Source of the DNA: a virus
Lineage: Duplodnaviria > Caudoviricetes
Length of the DNA stretch: 24,679 nucleotides
Virus record (IMG/VR): IMGVR_UViG_3300027763_000232
Span: 1 to 24,679 of that record
Strand: one strand, 5' to 3'
Shown here: positions 7,882 to 16,200 of the stretch, piece after piece
Layout: every line of letters begins with the position of its first letter
Numbering within the stretch: position 1 is the stretch's first letter
Translations under genes and position numbers: made by a program
The notes under the pieces: generated by a model
What the model saw: the letters and a program-made list of their open reading frames with translations, nothing else
Databases searched by the model: none
Told to the model about the DNA's origin: nothing

Positions 7882-8109
7882 ATGATTACAGCAACCGAAA
7901 CCCAGCAAATTTACAAGCGGCACGACATCAATCTGACTCAGATTGAGGCTGCTGAAATAGCCGCTGACGCAAACCAAAGCGAAGAGTCAGGCCATAACAG
8001 CCTTACCGCCCAAGAGTGGGTGGCGCGTTGGATTAAAGAAGAGATGAACGAAAACATGGACACCTCATCTTTTTCCGAGCGCCTCGAATACGACTTCTCG
8101 CAGAACTAA
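7882..8109 (+). CDS. Hypothetical protein
   Basis: AAGGAG RBS; bounded by GC hairpins. Confidence 0.65.
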   Translation: MITATETQQIYKRHDINLTQIEAAEIAADANQSEESGHNSLTAQEWVARWIKEEMNENMDTSSFSERLEYDFSQN

Positions 8110-8147
8110 TCAATTACGGGGGCTTTGTCCCCCAGAAAGGAACCGCC

Positions 8148-8426
8148 ATGAAAATTACCAAGACCATGCACTTGCACTACGAAAAAGTTTCGTGGGAGCC
8201 AGAAGGCGAATTTCAGCTTTTCCCTTGCAAGCTCGAAACTGAAGACAGGGTATACATTGGGACACGCGAAGTTGAGGTCGATGTGCCTGAAGGCTACGAC
8301 CCACGCGCACAGCAAATTGAATTGCTGGAGAAGCGCAGACAAAAAGTGATGGCCGACTTCCAAAACACCATCACTGACATCAACGCCCGTATCAGCAACC
8401 TGCAAGCATTGGAGTACACAGCATGA
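8148..8426 (+). CDS. Hypothetical protein
   Basis: AAGGA RBS; C-terminal coiled coil ending LQALEY. Confidence 0.7.
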   Translation: MKITKTMHLHYEKVSWEPEGEFQLFPCKLETEDRVYIGTREVEVDVPEGYDPRAQQIELLEKRRQKVMADFQNTITDINARISNLQALEYTA

Positions 8427-8608
8427 AAGCCGCCGAATCACAGTACATCAACCTCGGCTACAAGTACGAGAAGGCCAAGTCACCAGAGGCTGGGCAAGCC
8501 GCCGCGCAGGCCATCAGAACCTTTCTGGAGGCCGAGGCGATAGAGGATAGGGCGGATGCCCGCTACTTGGTCGAACGCGGTCGCCAAGAGGCGCGGGAGG
8601 GCGTATGA
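8423..8608 (+). CDS. Hypothetical protein
   Basis: ATGA coupling at both ends. Confidence 0.65.
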   Translation: MKAAESQYINLGYKYEKAKSPEAGQAAAQAIRTFLEAEAIEDRADARYLVERGRQEAREGV

Positions 8609-8937
8609 ACGAAGACATAGACCACCTTGTCATTGACACGAATACGGGGAAGTTCAAGTGCGAGATATGCGGGGAGGAGGATAGCCCTCCCGTCATGCCC
8701 GTGCCCATCGATACCTTGATTGAGGCGATGGATCACTTCACCAGCCAGCACAGGGCTTGCAAGCCACCAGCGGAGGCCGTGATGTCCGAGTACATCCGAG
8801 GGTTCAATAGCGGCTTTGAGTTCGTTCTCCATGAGGTCGAGAACTACATCACCAAGGCCAACAGCCACGACGCAATGGTGTTGGTGCAGTTGCTGTCCCA
8901 CCTCAAGATGGAGGATAAGCCTAATGAATCGAATTGA
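8605..8937 (+). CDS. Hypothetical zinc-finger-like protein
   Basis: GGAGG RBS; CEICG...HFTSQHRAC. Confidence 0.6.
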   Translation: MNEDIDHLVIDTNTGKFKCEICGEEDSPPVMPVPIDTLIEAMDHFTSQHRACKPPAEAVMSEYIRGFNSGFEFVLHEVENYITKANSHDAMVLVQLLSHLKMEDKPNESN

Positions 8938-9865
8938 ATTTGGCGATTGCCGTGAAACCATGCGGAAATGGAAAGAGCAAGGCATCAAGGCGCAGACTTG
9001 CGTTACCAGCCCACCGTACTACGGTTTGCGTGACTACGGCCACGAAGGACAGATTGGGTTAGAAGAAACGCCAGAGGAATACATCAAGGCAATGGTCGAA
9101 GTATTCCGCTGTGTGTGGGATGTGCTGGAAGATAACGGCACATTGTGGCTGAACATTGGTGATAGCTACGCAAGAAATGGCGGTGATGTTGAATCAAAAA
9201 TGAACACAGTACACAAAATGGGAGTTGGTCAAAAAGCCACTTATCTTGCTGGCGGTATGCAAAGCATCAATAAAGTTCCAGAAGGGCTGAAGTCAAAAGA
9301 CCTAATTGGCATCCCTTGGATGCTGGCCTTTGCTCTCCGTGCTGATGGCTGGTATCTACGCCAAGACATCATTTGGCACAAGCCCAACCCGATGCCTGAG
9401 TCAGTGCAAGACAGATGCACCAAAGCGCATGAGTACATCTTTCTGTTGAGCAAGTCGCAGAAGTATTACTACGACCATGAATCGATCAAAGACCCAGTGA
9501 AACAGGATTGGGGTACACGCGATAGAACTGATGGCAAGTACCACAATGAAGGCAGTGGTCTGCAACCGCACTCTGGTCTTGAGAAGTCATACGAGATGGC
9601 AAACAAGCGTAGCGTTTGGACGGTAAATACCAAACCCTACGCTGGCGCACATTTTGCTGTTTTTCCAGCAGAATTGATTGAACCTTGCATTATGGCTGGC
9701 GCACCAGTTGGCGGCATAGTGCTTGACCCTTTTATGGGTAGTGGAACAACCGCACAGGTCGCGCAAAGCCTTGGGCGGCAATACCTTGGCTGCGAATTGA
9801 ACCCAGATTACAAAAAGCTGCAAGACCAACGTCTGGCGCAGCAGTCTTTAATTTTTGAGAATTAG
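8924..9865 (+). CDS. Orphan DNA methyltransferase, N4/N6 beta class (probably m4C)
   Basis: Motif IV TSPPY precedes motif I VLDPFMGSGTT; IIWHKPN and HEYIF motifs; GGAGG RBS; start corrected from the ORF track. Confidence 0.92.
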   Translation: MNRIEFGDCRETMRKWKEQGIKAQTCVTSPPYYGLRDYGHEGQIGLEETPEEYIKAMVEVFRCVWDVLEDNGTLWLNIGDSYARNGGDVESKMNTVHKMGVGQKATYLAGGMQSINKVPEGLKSKDLIGIPWMLAFALRADGWYLRQDIIWHKPNPMPESVQDRCTKAHEYIFLLSKSQKYYYDHESIKDPVKQDWGTRDRTDGKYHNEGSGLQPHSGLEKSYEMANKRSVWTVNTKPYAGAHFAVFPAELIEPCIMAGAPVGGIVLDPFMGSGTTAQVAQSLGRQYLGCELNPDYKKLQDQRLAQQSLIFEN

Positions 9866-9928
9866 GGTAAACACCTACAAAATAATTAGCAGAAACTGGT
9901 TTCTGCTAGTTTATCTTGAGGTTACAAT
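9862..9928 (+). promoter_or_regulatory. Regulatory region: TAGG palindrome, 10-bp perfect inverted repeat and -10-like TACAAT
   Basis: TAGGGTAAACACCTA (9862-9876); TAGCAGAAAC-TG-GTTTCTGCTA (9887-9908); TACAAT (9923-9928). Confidence 0.5.
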
Positions 9929-9971
9929 GTCACTACTGCAACATCGCAGGTAACACAGAAGGAAAAGCGAA

Positions 9972-10376
9972 ATGAACATCGGAACACAAACCAACAGCCT
10001 CGTGAACAGCCTCTACAGCCGCATGACCGTAGGCGCACCAGCCCCAGTGGTCGGCATGGCCGCTACCACCCTGTCGTGGACTGACCGCCACTCAGCTACC
10101 GTAACCGAAGTTACTGAGTTGACCAGCAAGGTCTGGGCTTACCAGATCAGCGTTGTTGAGGACACCGTGATGGTTGTGAGCGGCAGCACCCACGACGGCA
10201 GCGCCAAGTTCGCCACAGTGCCTAGCACCGACGGCTACGCCGACCTGTACCGCATGGATCGCAAGATTGGCAAGTGGGTGCGTGGCTATATCAACGAGGA
10301 GACAGGGCGTTTCCAGAAGTCCAGCGGTGGTTTGATCTTGGGTGTCCGTGACCACCACGTTGATCCCAGCTTCTAA
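9972..10376 (+). CDS. Hypothetical protein
   Basis: 134 aa; VGM.AT...WTDRH..T and LG.RD...DPSF motifs of a phage family. Confidence 0.8.
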   Translation: MNIGTQTNSLVNSLYSRMTVGAPAPVVGMAATTLSWTDRHSATVTEVTELTSKVWAYQISVVEDTVMVVSGSTHDGSAKFATVPSTDGYADLYRMDRKIGKWVRGYINEETGRFQKSSGGLILGVRDHHVDPSF

Positions 10377-10442
10377 ACCACAAGGGGGCGAAAGCCCCCA
10401 ATAACCGAATCAAAAGCGAATCGAAATCGAAAGGAAACCGAA

Positions 10443-10628
10443 ATGACTCAAGCAGAATTCAACCAGTTAGTGAACCAAGACATCCAGCGCTTGGTGGACA
10501 AGGGCGCAGCCGAGTGGGAAGCCCAGCAACGCCGTGAGGAAGCAGAGGCCCGTCGTGTAGAGTGGATGCAGGTGCAGCGCCAGAACCACTACCTCAGCAT
10601 GACAGGCCAGATCGGCGTGGGAGGCTGA
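10443..10628 (+). CDS. Hypothetical protein
   Basis: AAGGA RBS; 61 aa. Confidence 0.6.
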   Translation: MTQAEFNQLVNQDIQRLVDKGAAEWEAQQRREEAEARRVEWMQVQRQNHYLSMTGQIGVGG

Positions 10629-10629
10629 T

Positions 10630-10791
10630 ATGAGAGAAGATCACGAGTGCCCTAAATGCGGCCACGACTGCGATGAGATGGGACGCCACACCGTGGACGA
10701 CGTCCATGTCCTGTGGTACTGGACGTGCGAGAAGTGCGGTATCGATTTCGGTGGAGACTTAGGAGTAGATGATGAAAAATCAGTTGCTTGA
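10630..10791 (+). CDS. Small zinc-ribbon protein (53 aa)
   Basis: GGAGG RBS; CPKCG...CEKCG; not in the ORF track. Confidence 0.65.
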   Translation: MREDHECPKCGHDCDEMGRHTVDDVHVLWYWTCEKCGIDFGGDLGVDDEKSVA

Positions 10792-10936
10792 CGACGTGCT
10801 CTGTGGGATAATCTTCGTAGCGCTCATCGTGCTTATGTCATGGGTTCCAGACTTCAGCTTGACTCCTGAAGAGTGTGCCCAACAGAGGCCAGAAGCGCGA
10901 GTTGAATCGCTGTGTAGCGAATCGAAACCCAAATGA
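10772..10936 (+). CDS. Small membrane protein (54 aa)
   Basis: AGGAG RBS; one TM segment; not in the ORF track. Confidence 0.55.
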   Translation: MKNQLLDDVLCGIIFVALIVLMSWVPDFSLTPEECAQQRPEARVESLCSESKPK

Positions 10937-10960
10937 AAGCGAGTTGAAAGCGAATCGGTT

Positions 10961-11105
10961 TCCACGCAAGTGGAGCCATCACGCATGGGGGCTGGCTAGT
11001 CAGGGAAGTCCAAGCGGGTACATACCACTGGCCCGCCCATACAGGAATGCCCACCAGTCCCCAGCCGTGCTGGCGCACAGTAATCGGACAGGGCTGCTTT
11101 CTGTC
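10961..11105 (+). ncRNA. Candidate structured non-coding RNA
   Basis: GCAA tetraloop hairpin (10961-10974); long helix pairing 10975-10995 with 11054-11074; inner GCGGG/CCCGC stem; 3' GACAG/CTGTC hairpin; no credible ORF. Confidence 0.5.
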
Positions 11106-11213
11106 AAAACCATCTCTACTGAGGCTCCCTGCGCTGGCAACTTACACACTGGCGAACCGAAAGCGAATCGAATACACTGACGTCATTCATTCACTTCACG
11201 GGGATTACGGGTT

Positions 11214-11795
11214 ATGCCAGAAACCACTGCCAAAACGCGCCAGAAGGCCGCTACAAGCGCCGCCAAGCCCAAAGCCAAGGGGAAGGTAGCATCGGCCAAG
11301 ATCGGCGCTCCTACGACATTCAGCCAAAAGACCGCAGACCTCATCTGCATCATGCTCTCAGAGGGAATGAGCCTTAGAGAGATACTGAGGTCAGATACGA
11401 CGGGAGTGCTCCCAGCACAGTCTACGGTTTACGAGTGGTTGTTGCGCCATCCTTCGTTTGCGGAGCAATACGCCCGCGCACGGGAAGAGCAGGCCGACAC
11501 CTTGGCCGACGAAATCATCCAGATCGCTGATGAGCGGCCAGAGTTGAGTCCGCTCATTGACAAGAAGACTGGGGAAGTCCTAAGCATGGACTTGAGCAGC
11601 GCCTATATCCAGTGGCAGAAGAACAGGATCGAAGCCCGCAAGTGGACGGCCATGAAGCTCAAGCCCAAGAAATACGGCGACCGCGTGGCGCTAGAGGGCG
11701 TGGAGGGTGGAGCGCCCATCGCTACCGAGGACGCCACATCGACCCGCTTGTTTGAGCTTATGCGCAACATGGAGATGACCAAGCGTGTGGGCTGA
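11214..11795 (+). CDS. terS: Terminase small subunit (Sf6/P22-like)
   Basis: G.SLR.I....P..STVY.WL....F..QYARARE..AD.LADEI..IAD and R..ARKW...KL.PKKYGD motifs; upstream of terL. Confidence 0.9.
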   Translation: MPETTAKTRQKAATSAAKPKAKGKVASAKIGAPTTFSQKTADLICIMLSEGMSLREILRSDTTGVLPAQSTVYEWLLRHPSFAEQYARAREEQADTLADEIIQIADERPELSPLIDKKTGEVLSMDLSSAYIQWQKNRIEARKWTAMKLKPKKYGDRVALEGVEGGAPIATEDATSTRLFELMRNMEMTKRVG

Positions 11796-11887
11796 TGTCG
11801 CAATCAGAACAGAAAGACCCCTGATGGTGTCGAAAAACGCGGGGTTTTACCCAACCTGCCCTCAATCCTGTTCTCGGTGCGACATTT

Positions 11888-13294
11888 ATGCTTGAAATGC
11901 TCGACGAGGACACCGCAGCCGAGTTCGACGCGCTGCCCGTCCACGACCGCATTGCCTACATCTCCCACGCTAAATGGGTGTCGAGCGCCCACAGCTACCA
12001 GATACCGCCGCCGCTTGAGCAGGCGTACCTTGTCTGGATGATGCTGGCAGGCCGGGGAGCCGGGAAGACCCGCTCGGCGAGTGAGGCTCTGTGGTGGTGG
12101 TGCTGGCTGATCCCCAACAGCCGAGGGCTGGTGCTGGCTCCCACTGCCAACGACCTGAAGTTCACCTGCTTTGAGGGCGTGAGCGGACTGTTGCAAGTGA
12201 TCCCCAAAGAACTGGTGGTGGACTACAACAAGCAGGATCACCAGATCAAGCTGGTCAACGGCTCGACCATCCGTGGCATCTCTGCCGACAGCTACGAGCG
12301 CCTGCGTGGCCCTCAGTTCCACTTCGCATGGTGCGACGAGCTTGCCGCCTTCCACTACATCCAAGAGGCGTGGGACATGATGATGTTCGGCCTGCGTCTG
12401 GGTGAAGCGCCACGGGTCATCGTGACCACCACGCCCCGGCCCAAGGACTTGATCCTCGACCTAGTCGGTCGGGAGGGTGACGACGTGGTGATCGACCGCG
12501 CCACGACCTATGAGAACGCAGCCAACCTCGCGCCCACCTTCAAGAACCAACTGGAGCAGTACAAGGGGTCGAAGCTCTACGAGCAGGAGGTGATGGGAAC
12601 GCTGGTCGATCTGGAGGACGGCAAGGTCGTCTCCCGCGATATGTTCAAGCTCTGGCCTGCCGACAAGCCCTTCCCCCGCTTTGAGTACATCGTGCAGAGC
12701 TACGACTGCGCCTTCACTGACAAGGAGCACAACGACCCGACGGCCATGACGACGTGGGGTGTGTTCAAGCCAATGGACGGCCCGATGTCCGTGCTGCTGA
12801 TCGACTGCTGGGCCGAGCACCTCACCTTCCCCCTGCTCAAGCCCAAGGTGCTAGAGGAGTGGCGGGTGTCCTACGGTGAGGGCAAGGACGCCAAGCGCCC
12901 CGACCTGATACTGGTGGAGGACAAGGCTGCGGGCATCTCCCTGATCCAAGAGCTACGTCAGGCCCACCTGCCTGTCAGGGGCTACAACCCCGGCAAGGCA
13001 GACAAGATGCAACGCCTCCAGATCACCGCGTCGATCTTCGCCACTGGCCGCGTCTGGCTCCCTGAGTCGGGCGTGCGCAAGGGCTACGTCAAGGACTGGT
13101 GCGAGGGCTTCCTCTCCCAGATATGCGCCTTCCCTGACTCCTCCCACGACGACTATGTAGACTCGGCCACCCAAGCTATACGTCTTCTCAAGGACATGAA
13201 CTTCCTCGACATCAACCCTGAGCCTCGGTATGATGACGACGATGATGACTATGCTTATGCCCGCAAAGAGCGGGTTAACCCTTACGCGGTGTAG
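11888..13294 (+). CDS. terL: Terminase large subunit
   Basis: Walker A AGRGAGKT, LRGPQ, Walker B AWCDE, coupling motif TTTP, nuclease SYDCA and FP...HDDYVDS. Confidence 0.95.
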   Translation: MLEMLDEDTAAEFDALPVHDRIAYISHAKWVSSAHSYQIPPPLEQAYLVWMMLAGRGAGKTRSASEALWWWCWLIPNSRGLVLAPTANDLKFTCFEGVSGLLQVIPKELVVDYNKQDHQIKLVNGSTIRGISADSYERLRGPQFHFAWCDELAAFHYIQEAWDMMMFGLRLGEAPRVIVTTTPRPKDLILDLVGREGDDVVIDRATTYENAANLAPTFKNQLEQYKGSKLYEQEVMGTLVDLEDGKVVSRDMFKLWPADKPFPRFEYIVQSYDCAFTDKEHNDPTAMTTWGVFKPMDGPMSVLLIDCWAEHLTFPLLKPKVLEEWRVSYGEGKDAKRPDLILVEDKAAGISLIQELRQAHLPVRGYNPGKADKMQRLQITASIFATGRVWLPESGVRKGYVKDWCEGFLSQICAFPDSSHDDYVDSATQAIRLLKDMNFLDINPEPRYDDDDDDYAYARKERVNPYAV

Positions 13295-13297
13295 ACA

Positions 13298-16200
13298 ATG
13301 GCAGATCGTAAAACAGTTGCGGGCGCACTCAACGTAGTCAAGAAGCTGCTGGCCGAGGAGCCAGCCGCAGAGACCTTGCTGACCGCAGCCGACCGTGCAG
13401 CCGCTGGACGCAAGGCCGCTGAACTCATCAAGTCCCAGCCCCCGACCAAGGCGTCCGAGGCTCTGGGTCAACTCATGGAGCGCGGCATGAAGCGCGTGAC
13501 CACGACTCAAGCTGACCGCACCCGAGTGGGTGGAGGCAACATTGGCGGCGCAAACTTCCCCGCTATCAGCGAAGCCGACCCAGCTTACAAGGGTAATGTC
13601 TGGGGTGTAATGGATGAGGGCACGGCCTCCCGCCTTAAAAACTTGGCAACCCCTGACACCGCGTGGACTACGATGCTCGGCTCGGCCAATCAACTCAAAA
13701 CCAACCCCGTCGTGTTCGACAAGCTCAAGCGCCAGTTCATGGAGGCCATGAAGCAGGGCAAGCTATCTCCCGAGCTTGAGGCCAAGATCAACCACAACCT
13801 AGCTTTGAACTTTGGAGAGGGCGCAAGCATTCGCGATCCCGGCATCTGGAAGCAGGCGGACACCTTTGAGAAACGTGCCGCACTGGCCGACCTGATGATG
13901 GGTCAAGGCATCCCGCCCAAGAAGGGTGGCGTCGCATTGGGTGGCGAGAAAAGCGGCAAGGGCGTCATTTTTAAGCCGACCGACACGCTCATCAAGGAGA
14001 CGGAGCCAACGCTGCTGCACCCTGAGTATGGCGGCGACATAGACACGTTTGCTGCTGGCCCGCGCCTGTTCCGACTTGAGAAGGAATCGGTTAACAGGCC
14101 CGACCTGCACCCCGGCTTTCCCACGCTACTCAAGGGCGAGGACTTGGGATACAACATGGAACCAGTACCCACCGAGATATTCTTGCCCACTTGGCACAAG
14201 GAGTTTAGGGAGAAAAAGCCAGAACGATTCCAAGGCCCGTGGGCGCAGGACATTATCGAAAGGCGCAAGAGCAAAGACTACAAGATGAAAGGCGCTGAGG
14301 GGCCGGGGTACTATGACCTTGCGCTGGGTCTTGAGGGTGAAGGCTTGCCCAGTCAGGTTCTCAATGACGAGTACATCCGCCACCTGCTGCGTGAGGGATT
14401 CAAAGAAGGCGGTGAAGCTACCAAGGAGCCATCCGCCCTTGACAAGATACAGGCCAAGATCAAGGCGACCATCCACGAGCACCACATGGCCGCTGGTGGT
14501 GGAGCGTTCAAGACCATGAGCTTTCAAAAGGGCGGCAAGGCCAGTACGGCTAAGGCCGCAATGGACGTGGGCAAGCGCCTGTTCTCCCAAGACGTTCTGC
14601 CCGCAGCAGAGCGTGAGGCGAACCTAGCCAAGATGCTGGAGGGCAGCAAGGTCAAGGATAGGCTGTACCACGGCACGACTGAAGACATCCAAAAATTTGA
14701 CCCAAGCAAGGCTGGAGCAAAAACAAAAAACTTGACCACTGCTCTTGGAACTTTTTTGAGCAACAACCCCCAAGAAGCCAGCAGATATGCCAAGGATTGG
14801 GGGGCGCAGGGTGGAAACGTAATGCCTGTCTTTGCCCAAGTGACAAACCCATACCAAATGCCTTACAAAGAATTTGAGGGGTTGGCAATGGGTGATTGGA
14901 ACAGGATGATGAAAGACCCAAGTTTTGACCCTAATGCCGTAGTCAAGTGGAACGACATTGAAGGGGCAAAACGCGCTGCTGCCGCCGTTAACAAGCACCA
15001 GCCAGACGCATTGCAAGATGTCCTCAATCGTCGAGATGAGTTAATTTCTCAAGGGCATGATGCCGTCATCGTGAACATCGGCGGCAACAAGGAGGTGATT
15101 GTTTTTGACCCAGCCAAAATCAAATCCGCCATTGGCAACCGTGGCACATACGACGTCAAGGACGCGGACATCACCAAAGCCAAAGGCGGCCTGCTCCACA
15201 TGGCTGACGCTGGTCGTGTGGTCAAAGGCGCACGCAAGGCGCTGAATAAACTGTTTGACGACGCGCCCCAAGCTGATGCTCTCAAGCTGGCGCAAGAACG
15301 CGCCGCCCTGCCTCCAGCCCAAGGCGGACTCGGACTACCCAAGAGCAATACGCCAAAGCAACGAGCCAACGCTATGGGCATTAAGACGGATGCATATCAC
15401 GGCTCAAAGCAAGACATCACTGGAGCGTTCAAGCCGGGGTATGACGACAACTTGGCTTTTGTGACCAAGTCGCCAGAGTTTGCAAACAAGTGGATTGGCA
15501 AAGGAAAACACACAGAGCGAACTGGCGATAAGGCCAAGCAAGAAATTAAATCTGCTGACGATATGTACCGAGACATTCGTTCTCGCAATGTAAATTACGA
15601 CGATGAACTTGAGCGCCTCAAGGGTGACGAGTTCAATGCTGAATACGACCGTAGGAGCGCAATAGCAAGAGCCGAGGCAGAGTCCGAGTTTGGCCCTCGC
15701 GGCTCCCCAAGCGGAATTCATTCGACGGTTTATCCTTTGAGGGTTGAGGCCAATAGGACATTCAACCCAGAGACTGATATGGATGTAATGGATGGGTTCT
15801 TCAAAAAGAACGACATCCCAAAAAATTTGCAAGACCTTTACGCTGGTGGCAATTACATGATGTATGAGACCAAGCCAGTTGTTGAGTATCTAAAAAGCAA
15901 GGGCTATGACTCAATGCGCCTGAGAGAGTCAACTGGTGACGACTACCCAACAATTGCGGTGTTCAATCCAGAGACCACGCGCTCACGTTTTGCCGCCTTT
16001 GACCCGTTCCGAAAAGATGCCGCTACTGCCGCCGCTATGGGTGTTGCGGCTCCTGACTTGCTGGCAAAAGAGCAAGACAAAGCCCACGGCGGTCTTACTC
16101 GGGCATTTGCTGGTGGTGGCATAACTACTGGCGCTGGATCGTTCTCCCCCGAGGACGTCGGCATGACCGCAGCCGAGATGAACGCGCCAGCCATCCCTGC

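Noticed and set aside
8816-8923. N-terminal extension of the methyltransferase in the ORF track
   Set aside because: It overlaps the upstream gene; the ATG at 8924 has a GGAGG RBS and matches the usual family start
10961-11105. tRNA, SRP RNA or Y RNA identity for the structured element
   Set aside because: No cloverleaf or TTCGA T-loop, and no convincing SRP or Ro-binding consensus
10875-11289. ORFs 10875-11180 and 11047-11289
   Set aside because: No RBS and atypical composition; the region is better explained by DNA repeats and RNA structure
11822-11824. Selenocysteine or genome-wide TGA recoding
   Set aside because: TGA is used as a normal stop throughout (many ATGA overlaps), and no SECIS-like element is evident
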